This document shows positions 25,715 through 39,170 of a stretch of DNA of 51,604 nucleotides, in pieces; positions within the stretch are counted from its first letter, which is position 1; each line of letters opens with the position of its first letter. Both the position numbers and the translations under genes were made by a program. The notes beneath the pieces are model-generated. The model saw only the letters and a list, made by a program, of their open reading frames with translations. It was not told the DNA's origin and ran no database searches. Source of the stretch: Octopus bimaculoides (taxonomy: Eukaryota); assembly GCF_001194135.2 (NCBI RefSeq), contig NC_068982.1, positions 179,660,417-179,712,020 on the forward strand, given 5' to 3'.

Positions 25715-27440
25715 ACAATTGGCTGTACAGTCCAGATGACAAAACCCATCAGCGATGCACTGATGGCGTTACCCCAGTGGCACGCCATTCACAAACTACG
25801 TAGAAAGTTTCTCTTTTTTTTTTTGATAATTTTTATCAATTTTTTTTTTTAAAGAATCTTAGAAATATCTGTGATATATATATTCACATACACATAGAAC
25901 ACACATATATGTGTATATATATATACATATACACCCACAGATACAAGCAAACACATATACACACATGCGGTACATATGCATGTGTGTATATGTGCTGATA
26001 TATATATATATAGATAGATATTAACACACATTTATATATTCTTTTTTTTTTAAACTCAGCGAAGAACTTGAGATGCCGCTGACACTTAGGACATCAAACG
26101 TGACAGGCAGAGGAGACAACGAAGGACGTCACGTGAACATGGGAAGGACGTCACGCCACGTGCGATCTACAGAGAAGAGAAGCAAAGGGTCAAATTAAAT
26201 GGTATTGCTAGTGCTCGAAAAAGGCAATCTGGCGCCTTGGCATATTTATATTTATCTCAAGCCTAATTTTCTTTTCTTTTTTTTTTTTAAATAAGAAAGA
26301 AAAAAAACTAAAAAAAATGTACACACATAAATATATAAAGAAATATATACATATGTATGTATCTATGTGTAAAACTGCTTCTACTGGATGAGTGGTGTTA
26401 CCGTATGAAAGTATTAAGATATTTAGAGCTAATCCTACAATTAACACATTGACCATCTATCTATTCCAGGTGTTGATTAAAATTTTACATCCATAAAATA
26501 ATGGAAAATTTTACATTAAACTGAAAATTATTTTAATGAATGTGGTTCTAGCAAGAATATTAAGATTTAATTTAAATTACTGAGATGACAGTCAATAATT
26601 GATATTAAAATCCACAGCAAAAACTAACTGTACATGTATGTCGAAGCTGAACCTTTCTTAAATCTCAAAAATCCATCCAGGGACATCCCTCATCCAGTTT
26701 GCTAATCCTATTATCATATAAGGCAGAGCAGAAACAAAATTCACATGCTATAGATATAGAGTAGACAGCTAAATGCAAACATTTGCTTAATATAACATTG
26801 TCCAATGTCAAAGCGATAACTAGAATTTCCAATGATAGCACATTTAGCCTGGGACGTCAGGAGTGTGTGTAAGCGCTATCTGTTCAGATATGACAGCTAG
26901 GTGCAGTTATTGATAATGCAAAGAATATTTTTGCTATAAATGTTAAGAAATGAGAAAAGGGGAAAGTCACTCTATAATGCAATGTGAATAAAGTTTCTGC
27001 TATTTAAAATAAAAAGAAATAAAAATATATACAAATTATACAAGTTAATGGGATAAAACTGAAAAAAAATTCTGAGTGTTCTGCATTTGCTAAAGGCAAG
27101 CAACATAAGTTGGTAAAGTGCTGTAATCTAAGAAATAGAATAGATGGAGTGAAGATTACCAATAAAGTCAACCATATTGTTGTTGTTGTTGCTGACCCAA
27201 CCCACTTGACAACAGAAGAAAAATATGTAAACCAAGGATGTAATCCAAGCAAGATTTAAAGTCCCTCGTTCAGTAAATAAGCCATAAAATAGTTAATGTT
27301 CGAACATATAAAGCTAACAGTGATAAATGGTGATAGCAGTAGTAATGGTAGTGTAAGTGGTAGTCTGCTGCCATTATAAATAGCAAGAAGCAGAGTTAAC
27401 ATCGAAATGTAGCAAATCAGCAAAGTGGGTGTCAAGTATT

Positions 27441-27498
<58 letters not shown>

Positions 27499-27505
27499 AT
27501 GTGTA
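27441..27505. repeat. (TG)n microsatellite
   Basis: Direct reading of the sequence. Confidence 0.9.
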
Positions 27506-28697
27506 TAGTTAATCACTGTTACCTTTATATTAGTACAAGCATGCAAGTGGTGCAGGAACTAACAAGCTAACAACGAGCAGAGCACAAGTAAATCATTACC
27601 TGCACACAATATAGAAATAAAAGAAAAAAATATGGACTGAAATCAATACACATCCATCACCTAAAAATAGGGGCTAGATTTTATGGTGTAAGAAAAATAA
27701 AAGATGTATTACCCAGAGAGGAAGGGAGGACACTGAGTACCTTTTGCAAAATAAATTGCTTAGTAAAAGTGGACCTCTAGTGGACAACTTGAGATATTTC
27801 AACTATATCCATACAGTTGTCACCATCATTTCAGCTGCTCTCTTATATGGGGCTCTATGTTGCACATAATCACATACTGTGCATGTGCATTCAGGCATTT
27901 GTGTACGTGTGTTGCCAAATACTTAGGAGTGGCTGGGAAGAAACTTTATATATATATATATATATAGCATAAACATACATAAAAGATGCTTTAGGAGTAA
28001 GTAATCAGATATTTACAGTTTCAAGTCATATGCAAATTGTCTCGGTATTTTATGTTTTAAAAAAGCTGCTGGAATGTCCGTCATTAAAGCAGCATAACCA
28101 GAGACTTAAGACGATTCTTTTGGCAGAATCGGGAAAATATAAAATTAGGTAGCAATACGGGTTTTTTCCTAATGCAAGCAAGAGGAAAGAAAGAGAAGGA
28201 CAACTATAATGCATTTAGAGATGTTAGGAAGAGGTGGAGGAAGAGCAGCAGAGTGTGAAGAAGCAAAGACATGCAAAACACTCAGTCAATGTTACACTAA
28301 TGCACTATCAAGTGAGAAAAAATAAATAAATAGATAAATAAATAAATAAATAAATGGCCAGCAGGAAGAAGGAATGGATTTGGAATACCAAAGGTTGGGG
28401 AAGTTGCTAGTGGTTAAAGCAGAAGAACTGGGTTGGGAATGATGGGTGGGGGGAGTCAATCAAAGGGTATTGTGCAGGCAAACAACAACAACAACAACAA
28501 CATCAATAACATAGATGACAAATTGGTACAGAAAATACAACATGTAAAAAATAGGTTTGAGGAGGGAGGCAGGGCGGAGTGGCTGCTGAAGAAATCAAAA
28601 TGGAAAGCATTACAACAACATTAACAACAAGAAAACATTAACGTGAACAAGTGCGGCAAAACAAAGAACAATTATGGATGAGTTGTTATCCAACAGA

Positions 28698-28738
<41 letters not shown>

Positions 28739-31700
28739 CATAGAGAGTACAGAGTAGAACAACAACAACAATAACAACAACAATAACAACAAAATAGGGA
28801 CAAGTTCAAAAGTTTATGAAAAGACATTAACATTAAATAGAACAATACACAGAGCCAGTCAAACATTGTCTGCTACAGAAATATGATGTAAATATCCTTG
28901 ACTATTTCATTATATATGTGTGTGCATAAACACACACCCTCATACACGCACGTGTATGTGTGTGTATACATACATACATATATATGGTTTTACGATAACG
29001 CTATGTGTATATGAAATCTAAATATTATTATTTCTTTTCTTTTTAATGCTCAGGAATAGACCCAAGCAAATAGATTTTGAAATTTTTCTTAACTTTTTCT
29101 TACCCACTTTTAAAAAACATGAATTCAATAGAACTAATAATGTGTGTGTGTGTGTGTGTGTGTGTGCGCGTGTGTGTGTGTCAAGAAATTCAAGAGCAAA
29201 TGTGTTAATTATCGATTTGTTTTCCTAATTTAATCTAAAGTAGAAATTGTATTTTACAAGAACAGTGTGATGTAGCTATATGAGTGACTGTCAGGTCAGA
29301 CAAGCCATATAAAACAATTTATACAAGAGGGAAAAGTAAGACAAACAGACAGATTCCAGATAAAACAGAGACTCATTCACATTTTACCTTTCATTCTGGT
29401 CATGTTTTGTTTGATTCAGACATAAAATAGCCATCAGGTCTACAAGAGACAGTCTCCTAAACATATAGCATTTAATATGGTCACAGTCTCAAAAACTTTA
29501 TAGATAGGAATAACCCAAACGGTAAAAATGTAGAAAAATATTTTTATTTAGCTATTATTTAGCAGTTTGGAAATATATTACAGTGTGAAGATGTCATGGT
29601 ATGATTTCCATGGCATCATACAGGATGGAAACAATAACAAAAAAAAAATATCTGAAAGAAGGAGGATCAGTGGTTGTTACATAAACTGATAGTGATGATG
29701 ATGTAACTGGACAGGAAAAGTAAAAAAAAAAAAAAACTTTGCTCTGCTTGAATTTGATGGCTGCTTTCCCACCTTTAACAGTAGCAAGGGAGTGTGAAAA
29801 GTAATAATGTTAATAAGTATACAGACTGTGTAGTGAACTGATAAATAGTATAAAAAGATTTCAAAAGGAGGTGGTGTTTTGAGTGCCATTCAGCTGTCAT
29901 GATGGATGCACCTGTGTGAGTGTGTATGCACACACTGACACACAGAGAACAGGAGATTGACAATTCAAAAAGTGAAACATTTACAAACGCAGGTACAGAG
30001 AGAAGGTTACTTTCTTTACTTCCACAACCACTTAAGTCACTTCACCATACAAAATAAATATATCAGCAGCTCAACATATTGCTATCTTATACAAGAAAAA
30101 TGTATCTCTAATCAGGGTCAAATCATTTTTATGAGAGAGAGAAATGTGATGCTAATTAATTCAGAAATAAAAAGCCTGAAGTTTTTTTTAAACCTCAATC
30201 AAGAGTTTATACGTTAATGAAGTTGCAAACCATAATATTCAGGGTATGAGTAATATATGTGAATGAATTACAGAAACGGAGAAGGTGAAGAAAATATGGC
30301 TGATGTGATTCATACAAGACATAACAATGTAATCAAGGAGGAGATTTTATTTTCATTTTAAAGTAGTAGGTTAGTATTATGTAGGTTAACCCCACCACCT
30401 GGCTATCGAATATCTCCTTTAACTGAGTTCACTTTGTTGCAAGCATTCAGGTACCTTATTTTAGGATACTTCTTGTTTCTTTCATATGAGTCTTGGCAGC
30501 CCAGAAAAGGATCATAGGTACTGCCTATGCATTCTTTAAAATAGAAATTTTTGTATAGCCTTAGGTGAGTCCTGATCCACTAGACCTATAATTAAAGATA
30601 ATCCAGTGATTACGAGTTCATCATTTTTGCTTGCAAACAGATCGATGTTTAATTTCCTTTTTTTAAATAAAATTGTGATTTAAGTCAGATTTGATTTGCT
30701 TAGCTTTCAAATAAACACATAGGATCCTTTCAGTGGCTTAGGAGCTGGAGGTGTCATACGACAAAGGGAATCACTCCAATATGACCAAATTATTTCTAGC
30801 TCTTAAGGAAAGATGAAGTTTAGCAATATTATTTTACAAGGAAAGTTGCTGGAAGAGTTGACTGCTAGCACATATATTCACACACACACACTCAAAATTG
30901 CACATAATATACTTTTCTGCACCAGAATATGCTGTGCTTGTTTTATTAGTATCAAATTATCAGATTTCTTAATGAAGGATGCTGAGTGAAAGGGAAGGAA
31001 GCCCAACCCATTAAATGTGGCAGTTCTTAAAAAAAAAAAACATCTATATATATGTATATAATATTCTGTTGGTTCGTTAGAGCCAGACAATACACACTAA
31101 AAAATATTTGCTTTTGAAATGCAGACTTGAAAAAAAACAATTGCTGCCAGTTGAAGATCTGGAAATCATGGAACATTTTTGAAAAACTTATTTTAATTAG
31201 CTGCTAAAATTTTTTTCTTAAAACTGTTTAATCAATATGAGATTACGGCTTATCGTTATCAGGATGGCTTTGAGGTCAACACATTTTCTATTACAGTAAG
31301 AAATCCAAAACACTGGCATCAACCATTGCATTCTGTACAAAAAAGTATTGTCGTCACTCCAAGCTGCCTAACCAGTAACTGGTTAACAGTGACAACTATA
31401 ACTGCAAAAATGCCTAATATCCATTGTTATGCTAACAATAATTTCACAAGATAATTGATGGAGTGGAGTAGCAAATTCAATCAAATCCCAGTGTGTGATG
31501 TAACAGCCACATCACAAAGATGAAAAGTAAAGCTGTTCAGAGGAAACAACTAAATACTATAGTACTCTAGCAGAGAAGTAATACCACAAAGGATCATTTA
31601 GTCATATACTTTGACAGCAAACAACTCAATACCACAACAGATCACATAATCTTGTACTCTGGCAGACAAGTCAATAAATAATAGCCTTGCATAATGCTAC

Positions 31701-33135
31701 AGCAGGTCACTTTCATCTTACATTCTGCCATTTCAATTACAGTACATAAATAATAACCCATTTAACGGATGTCTTAGAAAGTAGTAAAAAATATGTAAAC
31801 AAACGTATTAATCAAAAGCACAGGACTGTCATACACACACACACACACACACACAACAAAGAATATAGCACTGCTGGACACTGCATACGCAATACATGAA
31901 GTACTTTCAATATAATAGAAAATACAAAGCAAAACAAAACAATGCATGTGCCCAGAGCTGTGCTCAATTGTGTTATGAAAATATGTAATAAAAATACAAC
32001 TGAATAATAATAAAAACAGTTTCTTCTGCAGGCATGAAGCCTGAAATCTTTTCAGAGAATACAAGTGTGGTAATCGTGACATACACAGCCATTAGAAGCT
32101 AAATAAATGCTTACTTTTGGAGCAAGGCCACACATTCAAATGGAAGGGTCCATCTGAGTTTTTACTAACATACAATCAACCAATACATTACATTGTCAGA
32201 GAGAAGAACAAACATATGCAATTTTTGTTCCTAAGTTCAAATAGGAGTGTTGTCCATTAATTCACATTTTCTAATTGAGCATCTAACTTCTATATGACAA
32301 GCACAGGACACCCTCACTGTACACATCACATACAGATGTCCTTAACTGACATGTGCATGATAGCAATGCACACACTGCACTGCATTATTACTTGTATCTT
32401 ATATGTACGTTAGAAGGGGAAAAGTCAACCAAAAAATAGCACAAGTGCTTGAACCATTATATCACAAGCTTCTTAAGTACTAATAGTATTATCGACACAA
32501 CTTATGTAAATTGCTGCACCATACTGATTATACTTTCTATACAAGTTATCAAAAACTCATCTCTACTTTTTACTGTCTTCAATTTTAATTCCCACATCCA
32601 ACAAACCTTTATGCACAGCTACCATTCATTTTACAATAATGACGTTACCAACAGAGTTTCGACTATGTTTAACCATGTAACTATGCAATAGAATAAACTG
32701 GTCATCTGATCGGCAAAACATTTGCAATTCCTTTTTTTTTTTGAGCAAGCTGAGAATTAGACAAGTAAAGCCTTCAATCTGTAAATTCTTTTTATTAGTG
32801 CTTAACTATTCAACAAACACTGCAACAAGCTAGACTGAAATCTTGTTTAAAAGCATTCTCACCAGCAATGATAGAATTGTATGTAATTCGTCAATACTTC
32901 TCTTTCAACAATCTCTAAGCCCACACATCCTGGAATATCTAAATAGTTTTTGCTGCCTCTTTAAATTACATCTCATGCAGTAGTTAACATCACTGCAACT
33001 ACTCCAGTGATTGAAGTCTTGTTAGCCAACTGACTAATGTTATACAGTATCAAGCTATTGCTGAAACATTTCAAGCACACAACATTTGCTGAAACACTTT
33101 GAAACATTATTTCTTCCATAATATTAAAACTATGG

Positions 33136-33273
33136 CTGAGGTTGACTTTGCCTTTCATCCTTTTGGATGGGGTGGGGGTGGGGCAAATTAAATACTAGTT
33201 GCATACTGGGGTCAATCTAATTGACTGGCCCCCTCCCAAAAAAATTTCAGGCCTTGTACCTAGAGTAGAAAAG
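33136..33273 (+). mobile_element. 5'-truncated family B SINE with 16-bp TSD, in the CELF 3'-UTR intron
   Basis: Core gaggttgactttgcctttcatcc. TSD AATATTAAAACTATGG at 33120-33135 and 33274-33289. Confidence 0.8.
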
Positions 33274-35763
33274 AATATTAAAACTATGGTTGAAAATTAA
33301 AAACCTTTCAATAATAAACATTTTTGTTGTTCAGTATGGTATAAATTATGAAAAATGGTTTATATTTAAAACAAACATACTAATTTTGCTGTCTGCGAGG
33401 AGGAAAAGCCTCTAAAATATTATCATTTTTAAAGCAGCAAAGTAAATTAATGGAATGGGTTTAGAATTAAAGAAAATAATTTTGAGAATTAGAATAAAAT
33501 ACAAGGTGTAAATCTGAAACTATAATTTGATTTATAAATATGTTTCAACATTCCTACTCAACATTTTATTTTTGTCAGTTAATTTTGAATTCTATCAATG
33601 ATGGAGGATGAAATAGCACAGTAGTGATACATAAGTTTTCATTACAAAACACTAAAAATGACCAACATTCTGTAAAAACACTGAATATATTTTGAAGCCA
33701 TTGCTGTGATAAGCTATATATATAATTAAAACAATTAGTGACACAAAAAAAAACAAAAAACATTTAAGCTGTTGATAGGTCAGCTTCAGATCTTGCAGTT
33801 GTTATTGTATTGCACACAGCAGACTTTCAAAAGGAAAGCACATACCTCTGTATTAATGTAGTTGCAACGTTTCAAATATTTTAAACTTTATATCACATTA
33901 CTGTTTTACTATTTGAATTAGTTGCCCAGGACTAAATTTATAATATGAAAGAGTGCATTAAGTGTTATGTTGAGATGTGACAATATTGTAGTTTTCCTAC
34001 CAATAAAAAGCATTTTGCATTAAAAAAAAAAAGTTTGTTGTACTAAATGTCATGAGGAAAGGATTGACCAAATTACTCCTATTAATAAAGGGAAATTTAC
34101 TTTAATGAGTTGGAAGAAAATCTACAATAATGCTTAATCCCCTTAGTAACTCTTTATCACCATGATTGTTTAACATCTAGAAAAACTGGGACAATTTCCA
34201 AGTGACTGATGTACCTAGCTTGAAAATATTACCAGAAATATTTACAAATATGAATTATTATTATCCGAACAGATTTATTATGAATCGAAATGGCAGAAAA
34301 AGCATACAGAGGGTGTGTAGAAACAAGAAAGCTTTGTAGAATGCCAAGCTATGGTCATTGTCATGTTCTTTATGCATAAGATGCATCCATATTTAGAAAA
34401 CTAAGATTGTATTAAACTGAACTCAACAGATGTCTTACATACGGACTCCTGTTTTAAGGTTAAAATAAAGCTAAATATTGCGAGCAAATATAGGGGCAGT
34501 AGGAATAGTATTGAGTGTTCTATACCGAGTGGAACATGAACGAAATTGAGAGACAAGTTTCAAAGGAAATGGGGTGGGGAGTGGGGGTCAAGAGAAATAA
34601 GTGAATTCCAGCAACATACCATAAATAAGTTTTCTTAATTCAATGAGACATATTTGGCTTTAAAGTAAAATAAGTATTAAAAGTAGTTATGTCATTATGA
34701 AAGAAGAATAAAATAACTGCCAATTAACAAATTGTGAGAAGATCGAAGTTTGCAATTAATAGTACAATAACCATTAGAAGAAAAAAAAAATCAAATGCGC
34801 TTTGGTCATAAGACAATATATTGAAGAATGACTTCACAAAACCCAATCACCAAAATTGCACAACTTGAATAAATAGATTTATAATTTTGTATTAGTGTGT
34901 CTTGGCCTACATTTTGCTGCAATTAACCTATTTCTGTAGAAGATAGTAAAATGGTTCACATCACCATCATCTCAATTATGAAAGAAATCTAAAAGATACT
35001 AGCCAGTATACTTAATTCTTTGAGCCAAGAGAACTTAGCTAAAGAACTCATCTTTAAATTTACTTCAGATGAGCCAAAACTGATATGTCCAAAAATATAG
35101 TCATTAAACTGTATAAAGAAGGGATTTGTTAAAATATGTACTTATACCTAAACTGAATACAGCTTTAATCAGCTAATTCACAGTTATCAGAACTAAACTG
35201 TATCTACATTGGATAAAAATCTCAAATAAGGAGTCCACTTAAAGCTAATCAGCTTCCAAAATTTCCAATTCAACTTCTAGGAACAAATATAATGAAACTG
35301 AAACAAATATAATAAACTATTGAAAGTGGTAGAAAATGTTTAATAAACTTAAAATGACTGCCAAAAGCAAGCTATGTTTTCTGGATTTCAAAATTCAAAA
35401 CCATTTTTCTTCACTACCATCCCACAAAGTTTACATCAAATATGACCAAAGAACTTTGAACCAAAAAAAGACAAAATAACCATCAAAGTGTTGACCCTCA
35501 AAGGAAGAGAAAAAAAATTCATAAGTAAGGTAACAAGTTGTTTTGTGAAAGAGATATGGGGAGTGTATGTAAATTTCAGAATTTGATCTAAAAATAATGA
35601 ATTTTGTAGCAGCAGATGGTTGTTTGCCTGACCATTTGTCTATGTTGTGGACATTTATATTCTGAATGTACTTCATACATGTGTATGTATGTATGCATGC
35701 ATACACACACATATATACTTATTAACAGATCACAAATTAAAAGAATATAAAAGACTTACTCAC

Positions 35764-35785
35764 CGGTTTAAAAGGATATTCTACA
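35764..35785 (-). other. CELF2: 22 nt of 3' UTR followed by a splice donor (3'-UTR intron starting at 35763)
   Basis: TAA-TGTAGAATATCCTTTTAAACCG|gtgagtaagt is a near-consensus donor. Confidence 0.8.
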
Positions 35786-35913
35786 TTAGTATGGTTTGCT
35801 ATCATTTTTTGGCCTCTTCAACTGCACTTTCAGTCGTTTCATGCCAATCTGAAATCCATTCATGGCTTGGATTGCTGCTTGTGCTGACAAAGGATTGTCA
35901 AAACTCACAAAAC
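35786..35913 (-). CDS. CELF2: CELF RRM3 C-terminal half and stop (G)[41 protein letters not shown]
   Basis: Acceptor gtccatttttgaacag. Completes RNP1 (CFGFVSF). Near-identical to the CELF1/2 C-terminus. TAA at 35786-35788. Confidence 0.97.
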
Positions 35914-36023
35914 CTGTTCAAAAATGGACAAGTATTGTCTCAACTATCCACTCAAAGTAAAGAGTGTAGCCACTAAAGCAGTTATTCCATTATTATTATT
36001 ATTTTTTTTTTTTTGTCACTATG

Positions 36024-36054
<31 letters not shown>

Positions 36055-37316
36055 AAGACATTTATAGTTTCATAACCATTTTACCATAGATATGCAAAGG
36101 AGATCATCTTGGAAATTGACTAAACAGATGGTATCTGTGGACTAGTGGCACATGTATGTGTATGCGTGTGTACCATTGCATATAAACAAAGTAGCCTGAC
36201 TGATTTTTATTGGGGAGTTGTAATTTAGTTATTATACTTCTGTTCAAGTCTTTCATACTGGACCTACATCAACATGCATATTTTCACTAATGGATATGAC
36301 AATTTACCTAGCACTGGTGGCAATGTATTATGTTTACAAAACATTGCCACTTTCAGTTCAAATCCTGTCAAAGGCATTGCAGCTAGACATTGGATGAGGC
36401 ATTCCTTGCCTGAGGATTCTTGATCCATTTTATTAATAATGGAATCACCATTGATGATAGCATTATTAATGATATCCACTTGTAAAAGGCAACAATTCTA
36501 TTTAATGATGCAAACATTTAAAATTCAGAACTGTCCAATGCACTTTGACAACAAAAATTTATCTGTTGTATATTCAAATCCAAAGATAATTTCCCAGACA
36601 AAACAAAAAGACATAGCGGTAAAAAATGCAATAATTTGCAAGGGACATTGAATAGAATATCTACGAAACGAAGATCCAGTTTGTAAACTGATAACGGAGT
36701 CAAAATACACACCGACACAGCTGGTACTTAAAACATCATTGAATAGAATTTATAAAACTTGAAAAATGAGGACATAAAATATGTCTGAACTTAGCCATTG
36801 TAGGAATAAATGCTCTACACCTAAGATTCAATTGTCAATTTGACAATCTGAGACACCAGTATATCTGATCAATAAAAAGAGAATAACAGACACCATATTG
36901 AAAATGATTTTGTCCAAAATCATTTCAGAGAAAGGGCTAACAAATAAAATTAAAATAAATAAGGGAATTAAAAATTTGTCATTTTTTTTTTTATGCACAG
37001 ACTTTTCACAAACAATATATAGAATATCTATATCTATATATATATATCTATATATATATACATACAGATAGATATGTAGGTAGCCAGATTCCTTCAATTT
37101 TCCTTAAGTTTCATCAGAATATGATTTGTGCAATTTTTTTACATTAATTAATTAAGATTTCATCATTTTTTTTTTTTAATTTTGTTTTTCAAATGTTTTC
37201 ATCAATCTGTTAGATGAATTAATATTTTTACAAGATAGTGTTTCTGATAAAAACATTGAGAAAATATGGTAGTCATAAGGAAGAGTAAAAGAAAACGGCA
37301 CCTATTCAATACATAC

Positions 37317-37460
37317 CAAAGCACTTGCTAAGATTTGTTTGTTTATCAATGAAGACTTTGGCTGAAACAACATTTCCAAATGGAATAAAAGTCTGCATGA
37401 GGTCTTGATCACTGAACTCTTGTGGTAAATGATATATAAATAAGTTGGCGCCGTCTGGAC
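37317..37460 (-). CDS. CELF2: CELF RRM3 N-terminal half (G)[47 protein letters not shown](G)
   Basis: Acceptor ttgcctgttattgcag, donor TTG|gtatgt, 144 nt. RNP2 LFIYHL. GAN, DQD and [15 protein letters not shown] fit CELF1/2 rather than CELF3-6. Confidence 0.97.
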
Positions 37461-38259
37461 CTGCAATAACAGGCAAGAATCACATACAAACAAGCAGTTG
37501 TACTTTGAATGGGACCATTTCTGAATCAACACCGTTAGCTCAATAATACTAAATGGAAGTAGTCAAATATGAAAGGAATAGAACAATGAATCTCAAAACA
37601 AACTGCCAATATAGACTTGGACATTTAACAACCATCAAGATAACAAACGGCTTATTCCGCATAAATTATGAACTAGAAGAAAAATAGCATTTAAGTAGTT
37701 TAACAATTTTTTTCTCCACTATTTGAGATGTGATTTAATTTAAATATATAACATTATATATTTATTTACAGTTGAAGGGAGTTAAATAGCTGTGTCATGT
37801 ATTGTTAGAGCCAACGTCTTACAATTACACACCCACTCAAACTAACCAATGCCTTGCCTTAAGACAGGATTTGAACTCTGTATTATAATAATTCCCCTAT
37901 GACATTAATCTTATACTTCATGCAACATTTCACCAGTTTATTCAAATGTCTAGATGTATTTTTTGTGTTTACTTCTTGATGCATTTATCAACATTAAAAT
38001 ATAAATCATTGGAAGCAAAAATTAACAAAAGATAAAAATAAAAAACAACAATAATAAGAATATACAACAACAGACAGTAAGCTGCTGAGTGTTGTGGACA
38101 GTAAACATTTGAATAATGGCAATCTGAATTTCTATTAGCTCAAAGCAAATAGAATTTTATTAAAGTCATATAAAAAGGTAAATCTTGATGTTTCACAAGT
38201 TAAAAATACATTTAATATGATATAAAAGAAGAGATTGCTCTCTATAAGGGAGTATTTAC

Positions 38260-38346
38260 CTTCGGTTTGTTTCCCAGCAGCAGAATTGGCTGCAGCCTGT
38301 TGGAGCTGCTGAGCTGATTGGCTATTGAATGCATTTGGAAAGGAGG
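38260..38346 (-). CDS. CELF2: CELF1/2 coding exon (A)SFPNAFNSQSAQQLQQAAANSAAGKQTE(G)
   Basis: Acceptor tttttctctttag, donor AAG|gtaaat, 87 nt, phase 1-1. SAAGKQTEG matches the SAAGSQKEG lead-in to RRM3. Confidence 0.93.
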
Positions 38347-38999
38347 CTAAAGAGAAAAAGAAACAAGTGTCAACAACTGAAATATTAATCAGAATAGAGA
38401 GATTAAGAACACATAAATCCAAACACAGTGAAGCCAATAACAAAAGCTATGTGAGAAACCAAAGATTTAGTCTCTTCAGAAGAAGACCAAACATTTGGTT
38501 TGTTGTTTATTTAAATTCTTTCTTTCTTTTTTTTCTTTTCTTTTTTTTTTTTGAGAATAGCTACTCTTATGATGAGTATTTGGAGGATTGAATGAGGATA
38601 GCATTCAGTCTGGAGTGAAGAAATACCCAACCACTGGGAATTGATTCCTCACTACTGAATCTTTTTTTACATCATTTAGGGGGCAGCCATCACAGTGAGT
38701 TTATATTGAAATATATTAATTTATATTTCAATAGAATCTAATGAAGATAAAAAAAAATATTTACAAAATCAAAACAAATTCGTGGGACAAAAAAAAATGA
38801 TTTTTAAGAATAGTAATTTTTTCATGACCATTTTCTACTTTTTCAAAAGGTGATCATTCTCTGTCAAAAACAAAATAAAACCCATTTGGCTATGGTGAAA
38901 ACAAGAAAACTATGATACAGAGCTCTTAAAAGTTTAAGTGCACTTTCAGTGATTATTCACAGGCATTTTACTTTTTTTTTTTATTATTATAATAAGTGC

Positions 39000-39170
39000 A
39001 TGAAATTTAGGCACAAGGCCAATAATTTTAAGGAGAGAGAGTAAATCAATACCATCAATCCCAGTACCCTAGAAGTATGAAAGGCAACATTAGCCTCAGT
39101 TGTATTTGAAATCAGAATGCAAAGACATTTCATCCAATGCACTGATTCTGCCAAAGTACTGCCCTGTTAA
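39000..39170 (-). mobile_element. Degenerate family B SINE (intronic)
   Basis: tgaaaggcaacattagcctcagttgtatttgaaatcagaat resembles the reversed family B head. Confidence 0.5.

Larger units (their letters stand above)
20809..26166 (-). other. CELF2: Probable non-coding terminal exon (about 5.4-kb 3' UTR) of the CELF gene
   Basis: Strong acceptor ctttgcttctcttctctgtag (AG at 26167-26168). No recognisable interspersed TE in the interval. U/GU/AU-rich. Ends at a canonical poly(A) site. The boundaries are inferred. Confidence 0.55.

Noticed and set aside
21337-25927. Pumilio elements UGUAUAUA at 21337, 24608 and 25920 in the 3' UTR
   Set aside because: Two of the three fall in TA microsatellites, where the motif is expected by chance.
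35786-37460. FVSFD and KRPK residues resembling CELF3-6
   Set aside because: [19 protein letters not shown] and NDSKPY fit CELF1/2, and invertebrate Bruno-type proteins also carry FVSFD and KPK-like residues.
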